NCBI GenBank assembly: GCA_054600435.1
Contig: BAAIJX010000080.1
Location: 1 to 64,000, forward strand
DNA length: 64,000 nt
Origin: Neophaeotheca triangularis
Lineage: Eukaryota
Direction: 5' to 3'
Within the stretch, counting starts at the first letter, position 1, and each line of letters opens with the position of its first letter. Positions 22,144 through 34,554 of this stretch are shown in pieces. The notes under the pieces were generated by a model. The model saw only the letters and a program-made list of their open reading frames with translations. It did no database searches and was not told the DNA's origin. Both the position numbers and the translations under genes were made by a program.

Positions 22144-23217
22144 TTTGTGGCTGCATGGTGGGCTTTTCTCTACATGGATAGATCGAGTCTTTGTGCAAGG
22201 GCAAGGTGACATTTAGCAAGCCGAATGTCTCACTCAATCGTCGCATAAGAGACAACAATTCACCAACCTATACCTTATCTTAAGACCTCGGCAATACAGA
22301 CACATAGTGGATCTGCGCACGTGATGCGGTCCACACGGAGACAGTACATTTCTGCTCGGCAAAGGCCCGCGAAGTTGTGAACCATTGGGGGCTTGGCAAG
22401 AGTGGAGCTATATAAAAGTATGAAGTGGAGTTATGGAAAACACTCCACCACGCTCATCCGTTTGTAGGGTCCAATCCTTTGTAAAGTCACTGGTTATTAG
22501 GTAGGAGCCGTCTTTGGACAAATATGGTCTTGTTATGTGTCTTGTTTTTTTTTTTTTTTACATGGGGCCATGACATTGTTGTCGAGACAATACCTAGAGG
22601 TACTACTACTATAGGTACAGTCGATGCCTTACCCACCAGCTCCACGCGTGCTGCATTGCCAGCGCATACCTTACCTTAGCGATGCATTGTCTTGCAGCTT
22701 GCATGGAGCTGAGAGTGCATACCTCCTAAATGACCTTGATCAAATCAGCATAAATCGAAAAAGGAAGCATCGAGCCCTCCAACGTGGCCCCCCCCCCAAA
22801 CATGTGCCAAGGCCATCGCGTCAACGCCTAGTCACGTACCTACCTGACCTATCTAACCTAGGTACAGTAGAGTAGGTAAGGTATGACAAGGTAGCAAAGA
22901 AAGACCCAGAAATACTTACCTCGCCTTACTTGGAAAGGTGTGTGCAACGTGAGCTAAGCTAAGGTAGTATCGTGTGTTTGTGAAGCTGGGCTGTTGCCTA
23001 CCTACCCCCAACTTATCTTCACAAGCAATCTTCACTCCAAGCTTCTTCCTCACCTCACCTCACCTTACCTTACACTACTTCCTTTCTACTTGTTTCGCGA
23101 GTACAACAATACCACCATCTTGCCCTGACTTCTCTCACCAGACTTCATCCTTCATACCCGGAACAAGCACACCAACCAACCAAACACCCGTTCTTGACCC
23201 CTTCACAACCACCCATC

Positions 23218-24691
23218 ATGGGCTTCTTCGACAACATGGTGAAGAAGTTCGACGAGCTCACGAACAAGGATGACGACAAGCAACCCGCCGGTGCTGCTGG
23301 GGAGGGTACACGCGCAGGACCGGGAGACTACGGTGGAGGCGGTCCACCGCAGCACTATGGCGCCGATTATGGCGGCCCTCCCCCACCTCAACAGTCCCCG
23401 TATGGTCAGCCCCCTCCACCCTCTCACTCGCCATTCGGCGCTGGAAGCCCAAGCCCGTACCCTCCACCATCTGGATACGGACAACCTTCTCCCTACAGCG
23501 GCTCGCCCGGACCTGGTGCAGGGTACGCGCCACCCGGTCCGCCTGGGGGTTACGGCCAGGGTCTTCATGGCGGCTCACATGAAGGTAACCCGGGATATGG
23601 AGGCGGACCGCCATCCGGCCCTCCCCCACAAACTCCCTATCCCTGGATAGCTCGCTGGGACACCCAAGCCAACCGCTACGTTTACATCAACGAGGAGAGT
23701 GGTGAAAGAAGCTGGAAGAACCCAGGCGAAACGAACTCTGGTCCTCCAACTCCTGGGTACGGAATGCCGCCGCCACCGGGTGGGGAAAGCAGTCGTGGCC
23801 ACGCCGATAGCTACTACAGCGGTGCCGATCAAGGGCCAAACCAGTATGGTCAAATGCCACCCATGCATGGTGGACAAGGTTATCCTCCTCCTCAACACAG
23901 CTACGGACCTCCTCCTGGGCCACCTCCCCACAGCTCTGGACCTTACGGCGCCCCACCCGGTCCACCCCCAGGAGCTTATGGAGCGCCACCCGGACCGCCT
24001 CCAGGCCCTTATGGAGCGCCGCCGCCCGGTTATCCAGCTCCTTATGGAGGACAGCCACAAATGTACGGGGGTCAACCTCAACCTTACGGTGGTGCCCCCC
24101 ATGCCTATGGTAGCGATCAAGCCCCCGCCGATACCGACGCATCCAGAGGCGACAACCAGCAAAACGACAGCAGCAGCGGATGGAAACACGGCTTGATGGG
24201 AGCAGCGGGAGGAGCAGCTGCAGGTGCTGCAGCGATGCATTTTTTGGGTGGTGATGACAGCAGTAAGCCCAGTTTTGCCCCAAATTCCACGTAAATGCTT
24301 TTCCTCGCGACTCCTTGCTAACGAAAAATTTTCTTTTCAACTCACAGGTGACAACGAAGACAAGGCCGCAGCCGCACCTGCCGATCCGGCACCTGCCGCC
24401 GCGCCCGCCGCCGCTCCCGTCCCCGCCGCCGACGACGACGACGACGCTTCGAGCTCCTCTTCCTCTTCGTCTTCTTCCTCATCCGACCAGGATGAAGACG
24501 ATGGCGGGGGTGCTGCTGGCTGGGCCGGCGAGCAGGTAGGCTCTGTTGAGCAGGGCTGGGACGATTTCAAATCTGACTTCAATCAGGGAAGGGAAGATGC
24601 CAAGGACGAGGAGGAAGAGGAGGATCGCAGGAGCAACTCGAGTTCTAGCTCCAGCGATCACGGTGGCGATGATGGGGATGATGATGATTGA
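23218..24691 (+). CDS. Gly/Pro/Tyr-rich WW-domain protein (Wwm1-like) with an acidic Ser/Asp tail
   Basis: WW motif PYPWIARWDTQANRYVYINEESGERSWKNP; GLMGAAGGAAAGA; intron 24263-24347 joins the acidic second exon in frame. Confidence 0.8.
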
Positions 24692-26002
24692 GGTGGCTTC
24701 GCTGCTCTCTGCTCAGGCGAGCAACAGGTGCGAATGGACTCTCATGCCGCGTCCGGCATGTCGTGAGAGTCCGCTAAGAGCATGGGTGCATAGCTTGTGG
24801 AGTTTTCGGGCATACTTTTCCCTCGTACGTGTGAGCTGATGAGCTCAACTCATGGGATTTTGAGACGAGTCAACGGCCAAATGAAGAATACCTTACTACC
24901 AGCCGTGCTCGTGTGACGAATGGATGATGGTGGGTATATCTTTGTAAGCTGTCTTCGCCTTTGTGATCCTAAAGATCACCTTGCTTCTTCTCCTACCGTG
25001 TGTTACTGAATTACTTCCTCCCCTCTATTCCCTGAGAACGCTCCATCAATCAACTGTCAATGTCACTGAAACTGCCGTCACTCTCTCCGAGCAAGAGGTG
25101 CTAGATTCCTTGACTGGAACAAATGCAAACAGCGCCTCTGTCGATAACGAACCCTGGTAAGATTAGACGAAACTGGCATATGTCAAATTCAGCATATTGA
25201 CTAGTAGCCACATCGCTAAAACTCCAGATCAACAACTCCAAAACTCTGCAATCGCCGCTCGACGTGGCCGTGAAAGCCGCCTCCAAGCCCGGGGAAGTGG
25301 CCATTCAGCAAGCCTAGAGTCTTCGCTGCGAGTAAATCTTGTCGCTCGTCTTACCACCCTCCTTCCTCTTTCGTGTGAGGCGGGGGAGTAGAGCAACTGT
25401 AGCGGACGTGGTGTGCCGAGTGCCCGTCCGTGTGGAACGGCTGGATCGTTAAAGGGATATGCGCAAGTGAAGAGATGAGAGGGCATTGAATCGCAGAGTG
25501 CTCTTGAGGCAGCTCCGGACTGAGAACGTGAGTGTGTGTAGCCAACTTGGGGCGAGACATAAGAGAGAGAGAGAAGGTCTTGGAGGTCAAACCCCTCTTA
25601 AAGCAGACGCGTTGCTTCGTCCGCAGGCACAGATGTGCTTTTCTCCCCCCTTCTCTGGAGCCTTTGCTCCTGCACTACCGTTTTACCTTTCAGACATTGA
25701 GGATGTGTAGCGCTCGACGACATGGTATGTCTGGTGAGGGTATACAATGGGGCAATGCGTTTTTTACAATTACACCAAAGAGAGATTGCCGGTACGCTCA
25801 GGGGTCCTTGGGAGATTTTTTTAAGGGAACAGTGCGAATTGGTCTACCTGAACGAAAAGACGACGACCAGGGACATGAAAGAATCTGGCGAGGAATCTTT
25901 TTAAGAGACACGGTGGGAGTTGAATACAGATATCCACCGCATTCACAGTTACTAGACTGCAGCTTGACACGTCATCACGATCACAGTCAATCATGCCTGG
26001 CA

Positions 26003-29000
26003 GCCAAGAGGGTAATAGTCGTCTACCACTGGCACCACTAGTGTCGGATCACGCAACCAGTAGCAGCGTGGCTTCCGTCTCCGCCAACCTATCACAAGCA
26101 GCTACTGCATCGCCAAAGCCTCTCATCTCATCCGTCCCGCTGCCAGTGAAAGGGCTGATCACAAAAGAACAAAAAAAAAAGAGCAAAGAAGAAACGCATT
26201 GACGCTCTATAGTCTTCTACGCCGCGGCCTCAGGCAAAGATGCGCAAAGCGTGATGACGGGTTTGCTGATCCAACCCGTGCTCCAAAAAAGCTGAGCCGA
26301 ACCGAAACAACCATTTTTCGGTCCGTGAAGTCAGAGCCGTGAGCCGACACGACCGAAGTCTGCCAATTGTGACCAGTGCCAGGCTGGAATGTCGTGATGG
26401 CCCAGAAAGCCAAGCTCGTCTCGCCGCCCAGCCCCCCCTTCCCCCTTGGTACTTGAGTACTCATTGAGGGTATGGTGGACAGCCGACGCAGCGGGTGGAC
26501 TCCCAGCCATCAAGTCACGACTCACCAAACACCCCATTATGCACTGCGAGGCAGTCCGTCGTCCACCGCGGCGAAGGCAAAGTGCTAGCAAATGTTTGGC
26601 CGTTGTGCTTGACCGAAGCGGACACGGGGGGATATCGAGGCTTGGAATTGGTTCTCGGCTGTCACCCTTTTGCGTGTCCTGCCGCCAAGTTGGTTTCGGC
26701 GGTACCAAGGGCTTTGGCCCGTTCCATGATGGACAAGCCTGCTCTGCTTGGAGGTGCTTTTCTCCATTCAGTAATAGGCTCGGATGCTGTGATACACGGC
26801 AACTTGTCGAATGCGAAGCAGTCGTTGACTGGGGAGCGAAGCCAAGTGGAAGCATCGTGAGCGTCGTGTAGCTTCCTAAGCATTCGACTTGATAGAGCTC
26901 AGGGCTATGACAGAGCGAAAGGTCCGACCGAACAGGCAGAACGAAAAGTGAGCTTGAAGGAATATTGCCGCCGGCCTAGACGCTAGCAGCTTTATCTCCC
27001 TAGACCAACCGGCGAGTATTCTTTCACTTTACAAGTTATCACTTCTCAGGCTTCGACAATAATGTCTAGGATAGCCCCAGAAAGGATAGCCGACTCGGGA
27101 TAGCGACGCTAATAGTACAGTCACATTCCAGTCATTTAGTAGTGATGATACACAGGTTGACAGGAATGGAGGGATCTCCCAGTTCAGTAGCAAGCGCCCC
27201 GCCAAGCTCGTTCTAGGCTCGCCAAAGATCTGGGCAATCCTTGAGTGTGGGAACTTACTCCGCGGTCCCAAGGCTTGTCGGTCAAGGCCAGTCAAGAGTC
27301 TCAAGACTTGATCCCGAGGAATGTCACACGTGCGCCATGAAAGTATAACGTACGTACGCCCTATGCCGGGCGACGGTGTTGGCGTGCTTGCGGGGCTTCG
27401 CTAATTGGCCTTGTGCTATTCGTTGGTGTTACAGACCAAGGGGAGGGGGCTGAGGTAAAGCGAGCCGATTGCGAGGGGAGTCTGACTTTCAAGCGAGATG
27501 GACGTCTGTTTGACCGAGTATGAAGGTGCTCTTTCATGGTCTCGTGGGTATGGTACTATCTCTACGACCACGGGACCATGAATCTCTCTTTTTGCGGATG
27601 AGATGGAGGAGGTTCCGATGATGATGATGATGATTTCCCAGCTACCTTGGTATTCGAGCGGGCTGCGGGTGGTGCGGTTCAAGCAAAGCCCTTGGATAGA
27701 GTTGATATGCTTATGCTTATCGGCGCTAAAATGTCCACATCACACATGGAAGAGACTTTTGGACAGGTGAACACTTCCAGACTATACCTCCGAGACCTCC
27801 TAGGTATATGTACTACTAACAGCCTTTGTGGATCAGGCCAGATCCGCTCTTTCCCGAGCTTTGCGTAAAGGGAAATCACGGGAAGACGTAAGCAAACCAA
27901 TACTCCGCGGGAGCACAGCCCTGGTCATTAGTACGCCCGATCAATCGACCCGACTGCCATTCGAAAAAATCATGTTAATGTCAGTCATCGAGGCACGGCA
28001 TGAGCAGGAAATCATTGGAATGCAGGCGGTCGAATGAGAATGACGGGCGAAGGGTGCAGGTGCGTGCCGTGCGTACCACTTACTACTACACTACACTACA
28101 CAGTCTACACTACACTACACTACGTAGGGCTGAGAGCGCGGAGACGACTGGTCGCTGCTGTGGAGAAGCAGCGATTACGCGGCTCCAACTTGCCAAGCCT
28201 TGACGGGGCTTGCGCAGACGAGACTCAAGGCTCAGGCTAAGCAACTCGGCTCGCCGCGTATCTTGGCTTTCTTGGCTTTCTTATTGGAAAAGCTCTACGC
28301 CTGCAGAAGCTCTCATGCCTCTTGTGCCCGGACTGGGCAACGAGGCTCGGCGAAGGAGCGTCGCCATCCTTATTGGCAGATACAGTACCTACGGGAACTT
28401 TCCTCCTAGCTCTGCGTCTCGCCAAGCCGACTCCCGCTTTATTACCACCTGCTGCCTTCTTCTAATGCACTCCAGTCTCCCGGCTGTGGACTCGGATGAG
28501 CAATGAAAGAAGAATAATGCGAGGGGCGCGTCTTGCCCTCGGTGTGACTTCGCCCCGGGACGACTCTGGGTAGGTAGATTTTGCAGAAGATTCGCAAGAA
28601 GAGCGATGGCGGGAATAGTCCCCTTTCCTTTCTCTCATAGATAGGTAGAGCAGGCTCCTTTCCCCCTTTCCAGCGAATGATTACAGCGCAGTCAATTAGA
28701 AAAACTGGGCTGCTCAGGGTGGCATAAAAGAGGCGTGACGCCCATGAGCAAAACCATGTCTGCCATGCTGTGTGGCTGTCTGGGCGGGCTCCAGACCAAG
28801 CGTTGAAGCGTGCCCACTGCCCGTCCTGAAGGTCCACTGTGGCCCACGTACTTGGAAGAGCCAAGCACACACAAGAGCCCAAAGATGCGTCTCGGCTGAA
28901 TCAACTCTAACTCTCGTGTGCATGACTGCGCCGACGGCCAAGATAGCGCCTTGGCGGGGGTTTGTACTACCAGCGCCCAGACGGTGCAGGGTCTTTTGGT

Positions 29001-29348
29001 CTAGGAGAAATGGAAGTTGTCGGGTGGTTTATGGCCTGGAAGGATGATAGGTAGTCAATAATACATTGTTCTCTTGTTCATGACTTGGGAATGGTAGCCG
29101 ATTGACCGCTGTGGTGAGTAAACATGGTCTCTTGAATGGGCGCGAATAATGGGACGGTCCATTATTACAGTACGGTACCTCGTACATGTCAGATACCCTA
29201 AGACGGATTAGCTCAAAAGGTACCTAGGTGTGTGGGTGGGTAGACAACAATAATGTACACACTACATGCGTTAAGCAATCTCCAGCTTTTTTGGGGCCCA
29301 AGAAAGTCTACCTTATAGCTTATGCTTGAGTGCGCACGGCCCGCCAAG
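26003..29348. promoter_or_regulatory. Cluster of 13 PacC/Rim101-type GCCAAG sites upstream of pac2
   Basis: GCCAAG or CTTGGC at 26003, 26409, 26684, 26841, 27201, 28192, 28262, 28271, 28421, 28860, 28937, 28950 and 29343. Confidence 0.55.
28086..28123. repeat. Interrupted (CTACA)n pentanucleotide repeat
   Basis: ctacactacactacacagtctacactacactacactac. Confidence 0.75.
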
Positions 29349-29734
29349 GTGCAAGGTGCGGGTCCCATCGTCTTGTATCCTCCTCTCCCAGTCCCAGTAC
29401 CTTCGTGCCCTGCTGTCCTTCCTCCATCATCCCCCTTCTCTCTTCACCTTTCTCCCTCTCCACAACATCCACAACGCAACACAAGCCTAGTCATTATTGA
29501 GCTTGTCGGTTACTTGCGACTTCAGCTGGACATTACCTATCTTCAAGTCGCATCACACCAACAACAGCCTACCATCGACGACAATAGCTTGAGCTTTGCC
29601 TAACCAGTGAAGACCAGCATAGACTAGACTGCCCTTCCAAGGACGTCTCCTCGTCCCCGAAACCCTCTCTCGCTGCGAAAATATCCCACTCGCTATCCGG
29701 TGGGCGTCTGGGCAACTCATCTTCGCTCCTCGAC

Positions 29735-31213
29735 ATGGAAACGTACAACGGCCACGTGCGCACGCCGGCCGATGCCATCATACTCTTCGAAGCGTGCCGC
29801 ATCGGTCTGCTACCTCGTGTGCAAAGACGACTGTCGGAGAAGGAGCGCCAATCTATCAAGTCCGGCTCGGTTTTTGTTTGGGATGAGCGCGAGGCTGGCA
29901 TGCGACGATGGACCGACGGAAAGTCGTGGAGCGCCAGTCGCGTCTCGGGCAGCTTCTTGACCTACAGAGAAATGGAGGGTAAGCGCGGAGGCAACAACTT
30001 CGACAAGACTGCAAGCGCAAATCGCGACGGGATTCAAGGCAACGACGCAGATTCTGACGGCTCGCCTGACGGCTATCGCTACAAGGTTGACGGCCTAATG
30101 AAGCAGTCCTTTTCCATCACAACCAACAACGGCCAGCACCTTCACTTGATCAGTTATTTCTCACGTTCGGCAGCCACAGCCCAAGGTCTCATGCAACCGA
30201 CAAATGACCCGCAGCTGAGGCACATCAGACCTGAAAAGGGCATGTACCCTGAGTCGACCGTGCATGAGCAGAGCAATATCCCGGCTGTCACAAGGGGTCC
30301 GATGAACTCGCCAGGTTACTCACACAACCAACACCCACCCAATCCATACGGTCGCATGCCATATGGCTACCCTCCGCAGTGGGCGCCTCCAAGCCCTATG
30401 CACACACCGCCACCTCACCCTAACTATGGCCCTTACGGCTACCACCCTGGCTACCCACCCTACCCGGGCCAGCACCCGATGCACCACATGCAGCCGCCGC
30501 CCCACCCAGCAGCATATGGTCACCCTTCTATGAACCCTTACGAACGACCGCATCCCATGGGCCCTCAAGCTTTTCCACCTCCACAATACGGACAGCCCTC
30601 CGGACAGAACGGGTACCAGACTGGCTACAGCCAGCCGTACCCTAGCCACTACCAATCATATCAACCTCCGCCGCTTCATAACCCCAGCCAGGCTCCTGCG
30701 TACAACCCACCACAGAGTGCCCGAAACCAACAAAGCCCGCAAAATGCACAACAACAGCAGCCGTCGCAGTCCCTGCCGCCTCCCCCACAACACCAGTCCC
30801 AGCAGACCCAGCCGCAACAGCAGGCAACAACGCAAAGTCAGGCTCATCCACAAGCTCAGGACGCAGCTAGCGTGCGCAAGGACTCGGAGCGTCACGACTC
30901 CCACCAAAGCAACCCGGAGCAGATTCCAACCCAAAGCCAACCCCAAGACCAGAAGAGCGATACCCAGGCCCAAGCCGGCGCTCAACCCCCAAGCACGCCC
31001 GCGCCGCTCTCGAGCTCGGGCACTACTATCCCAAGCATCTCAGCCATGCTCAACGGCGGCGCGCAAGATCCACCGCCACGTCCGAGCAGCAAGAGCCCAA
31101 ACGGCTCGCTCAGACCGTTGCAAGACATTCCCAGCCACAAACTCGGCTTCGAGGCGAATCGGGATATGCAAGCGCTGAGGAACCTTGACAAGTCTACTTT
31201 CAAGGGGTATTGA
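29735..31213 (+). CDS. pac2: Gti1/Pac2 (WOPR) family transcription factor, Pac2 clade
   Basis: METYNGHVRTPADAIILFEACRIGLLPRVQRRLSEKER..RRWTDGKSWSASRVSGSFLTYREME..GLMKQSFSIT; P/Q-rich tail. Confidence 0.9.
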   Translation: METYNGHVRTPADAIILFEACRIGLLPRVQRRLSEKERQSIKSGSVFVWDEREAGMRRWTDGKSWSASRVSGSFLTYREMEGKRGGNNFDKTASANRDGIQGNDADSDGSPDGYRYKVDGLMKQSFSITTNNGQHLHLISYFSRSAATAQGLMQPTNDPQLRHIRPEKGMYPESTVHEQSNIPAVTRGPMNSPGYSHNQHPPNPYGRMPYGYPPQWAPPSPMHTPPPHPNYGPYGYHPGYPPYPGQHPMHHMQPPPHPAAYGHPSMNPYERPHPMGPQAFPPPQYGQPSGQNGYQTGYSQPYPSHYQSYQPPPLHNPSQAPAYNPPQSARNQQSPQNAQQQQPSQSLPPPPQHQSQQTQPQQQATTQSQAHPQAQDAASVRKDSERHDSHQSNPEQIPTQSQPQDQKSDTQAQAGAQPPSTPAPLSSSGTTIPSISAMLNGGAQDPPPRPSSKSPNGSLRPLQDIPSHKLGFEANRDMQALRNLDKSTFKGY

Positions 31214-31846
31214 ACATACTCCCGCGACTGGTGGAGCCGGGCGTAAAATTGCTACGAGTGCCATGTTTTTTTTTTATCTATCTTTTTCGGTGTGGCTTGT
31301 GGGAAAGGTGGATTGACGACTTAGCCTGGCGTTTCGGAGGGAATATCGAGTATGAATTCGATGCTCGGAGTTATGAATTGTTTACTAGCTAGCTAGCAGG
31401 CCGGTTCGGCCGTGTTATTCGAGCGGGATGGCTTAATGACCGAGTGGATGCTTGCAGAATGGCCACTTAGCTTAGCTATGGAGAAAAGCGTCGCGCTATT
31501 GGCATGCGCTTTACATTCAATCTTGCCTCTTGCCTCACATCACAAGGGAATCAGACATGCCAGAATAGTGAAGCCGGTACTCTCAATCCCTAGTATTAAG
31601 CCCCAAACGCCAACGTGACCTTCGCCGGGTGTAGTAAGAGTGAAATTCGTTCGCTTCATCCGTGGTATCGTCGTCAACATAATTTTCGTAACGTGGTTCA
31701 TCCCCCATCCCGTAGCCCTGCCGGCCGAGACCGAGATGCAAGTACACACGCCTCCAATCCCGGCCCAATCATCCCCATTAACCCATGCCTCCCACCATGA
31801 CGTCCGCTCAAAGCTTCACCCCCTTCGCCCCCAGCAGACCTGAAAC

Positions 31847-31995
31847 CTACTTGGCGCGCTGCTGCGGCTGATTCCACCCAAGCCTCGACTTGTAATTCGG
31901 AAACTCGGCCTTACTCCAGGCATCAACGAGCACACTACACACGAACGAGAAAATCAGCACAACGTCCTCCTCCCAACCCCACCCGAACCCCCACC

Positions 31996-32036
<41 letters not shown>

Positions 32037-32315
32037 CGCAAACAACTTCTCCCCACAAGAAGAAAGGGCAAGAGCACCTCTAAAAAAAAAAACTTACTTC
32101 TGCGTCCGATCGGCATACTCCTCGGCCCCCATGTCCTTGACCCCGACCCGCAATCCCCCGTCTTTGGTGAAGGACATGTGTTTCTCGCCCATTTTCGCTT
32201 TGCCCTTGTCGGCTAGCTCGTTGCTCCAGAGGTAGAGTTGGTAGCCCACGAAGGCCGCGCCGCTGACGAAGAGGAGGAGGAGGATGAGCGGGAGTAGGGA
32301 GGTGAGGGTTGCCAT
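31847..32315 (-). CDS. Small single-pass membrane protein (about 101 aa), function unknown
   Basis: ATG 32315, N-terminal hydrophobic helix, FTKDGGLRVGVK..YADRTQN|VLVDAW across intron 32097-31935 (GTAAGT..GCTGAT..TAG). Confidence 0.8.
31995..32036. repeat. (CAA)14 microsatellite inside an intron
   Basis: 14 perfect CAA units. Confidence 0.95.
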
Positions 32316-32857
32316 TGTTAGGGGCGTTTGTTTGGTTTTGGTTGTTTGGGTTTTTCGTGTGTGCGCGCGGCCGCGCTCTGGGAGTTTGTTGGGATGGGGG
32401 ACGTGGGTGGGCGTGAAGGGGGCGTGGGTGTTTTGGGTGGCTCTTGTCGGTGGGAGGGGGGGTTGGTGTGGCGGAGGTCGAGGTTGGATGTCGTGAGGGA
32501 GTGAGGGTGCTTTGGGGCGAACAATAGTTTGCTGGGGCTCGGTTGCAGTGCTACTGCTGCTTCTGGCGAACAATAGTGGGCTCTTGATGTGCACGCGTGC
32601 GACTGTTGTGTCTGAGGTGAGGTTCCTCTGGTGCAGGTTTGGTGGGGCGCATAGATGTGGTTGCCGTCCGGGTCTTGGCAGGGACAGCTTCGGGCTTCTC
32701 ACGTGAAAGAAGCGAGCAAAAGGCGACAAGCACACGAGGTTGACATGCGATCGTTCAATTTTTCAGATATCTAGTACAGTCCCGACCAAATAACGCGAGC
32801 ACTCGCTCTATGAAACATTCGCTCTATTGACGCCTTTGATAGGGAGTGTGCTCAACA

Positions 32858-33703
32858 CTACTCTTCCGGGCGTTCCGTCTTCGTACGTACTTGACCTCCA
32901 CCATCACCAGGACTCCCCAGCTCCTGGCTCGCGGCGTCAGAGGTGTCGCCTTTGGCTTCTTGCTTTTCCACCTTGGGTAATCGGAAGCCTGCTTGAAAAT
33001 ACATGGCCGCAACCGCCACCTCCATGGCGAATTGCATAAAAGCTTGGGCGAAGATGTTGATATGCCTCCACCAAAACAAACCGCCCGGTTCCGAGTACAC
33101 AACCACGACATTGTAGACGATGCGCACGAGCAAGAAAGGCAGAGCTGCCGTTGCGCCGTGTACCAGCCTCGTCTCGTTAAGCGGTACCCAGCAGTGGCCT
33201 ATAAGCGCCCAGAAAACCACCGCAGCCAAGAGGACGAAGATGACGAGGAAGATTGTCCCCGAAGCTTTCCGCAGAGTGTGTGAAGTCTGAGAAACGGAGT
33301 ACGGGTCGTCCAGCGCGGTCACGACTCCGATGATAGCCAGGATGAAGTCGGCCAGGGTGGCGAGGTTGATGTACCTGAACAGCCGCGCCGGTGGTCCCTT
33401 GTCCCCCATGCTTTCCGCGACGCGCTGCATGAAGCCCAGCAAAGCTAGGAGCAATGTCGCTGCGCCGAAGAGGTTGTTGGCTGCGTAGGTATGTTCCAGG
33501 GCTTGCGGCGGGTCTGGTAGGTTCTGTGACACGACGAGGCATATCGAGGCTATGATCCGGACGACGGGCAGGACGATCAGGTAGACCCAGCCTTTTTCCA
33601 TCTCGAAGCCCTGACGTGTGCAGATGTAGATTGCTAGGCCTAGGATCGGGGTGAAGGAAGCGAGCTCGACTGCTGCGAGGATGCCGTGTTCGTCGAGGGC
33701 CAT
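32858..33703 (-). CDS. Fungal multi-pass (about 7 TM) membrane protein, RTA1/DUF7702-like
   Basis: ATG 33703; GWVYLIVLPVVRII, ALPFLLVRIVY, FMQFAMEVAV. Confidence 0.75.
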   Translation of the reverse strand: MALDEHGILAAVELASFTPILGLAIYICTRQGFEMEKGWVYLIVLPVVRIIASICLVVSQNLPDPPQALEHTYAANNLFGAATLLLALLGFMQRVAESMGDKGPPARLFRYINLATLADFILAIIGVVTALDDPYSVSQTSHTLRKASGTIFLVIFVLLAAVVFWALIGHCWVPLNETRLVHGATAALPFLLVRIVYNVVVVYSEPGGLFWWRHINIFAQAFMQFAMEVAVAAMYFQAGFRLPKVEKQEAKGDTSDAASQELGSPGDGGGQVRTKTERPEE

Positions 33704-34040
33704 CGCGGTTGTTTGGTTTGATTGATGAGTATGGCTCGAGACAGGTGCTGGGACAGCAGGTAGGTCTTGATGATTTTCTAGGAAGAAGAGTTTGACAGTG
33801 GAAAAGAAAACAGAGGGCATATCAAAAAGTAAGCCCATACATATATGTATTGACAGCAGAGCAACCAGCAATGGCATTCAGCTCCCCGAGTCGCAACAAT
33901 GCCTCAGCATCGTCGCAACGCTTGGAAGCGACGACAAGACCGACAGCTTGCAGCAAGCCATGACCTCGTAATGCAGAGTCCTTCTACCAGATCGGCGAAG
34001 ACCAAAGCATTTTCTGATCAGGCCACACATACAACAAGTA

Positions 34041-34101
34041 AGCTGCGAGACGAGACACTGTGTCGGCTGTGTTGCGCTGTGATTTGATTGGCCAGCGCAA
34101 G
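34041..34101 (+). repeat. Diverged 61-bp direct repeat, copy A
   Basis: Ungapped 51/61 match to 35848-35908. Confidence 0.85.
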
Positions 34102-34554
34102 GAATACCCGAATCGGCATAGCGTCTCCGGTCATCTTCACTTCTAAATAGTTCCAGGTTCGTCGTAGCCGTGGATGTCTATCAACGTCAGGAGAGACCTG
34201 CTTCTGACGAGTAAAGCCTTCGCTCCATTTACTCAAGTTCGAGACAAATAATTACCTCAATCATGGTCAAAGCTTAGAATAATCTGGAACGAGCGGACAA
34301 CGCGCTGTCCTTGGTGTCGTACCTAGTCATCACTTTGGTTCTGACGACCGCAAGTATCGACTTCAGGTCTTTTCATCACCTTGATCTAAAAAGTTGTTGT
34401 TCAGCAGGCTCTCTTCTGAACATCTCCTTACCAAATAAGTGGGCGAGGGCGACACTGCTGGTTAAGTCGCCCTTGAACACTTAACAGATCGACAGTGCAA
34501 AAGCCACGAGGTGGGTCCATGTATTCCCTCAACACTTCAAGATCTTTGGCTACA

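Noticed and set aside
22912..22921. ATACTTACCT, identical to the U1 snRNA 5' end
   Set aside because: No following U1 stem-loops or Sm site; it lies in a TACCT-rich promoter tract.
31847..32116. Poly-Cys ORF (also 43506-43709)
   Set aside because: Translation of CAA/CAG microsatellites on a non-coding strand or within an intron.
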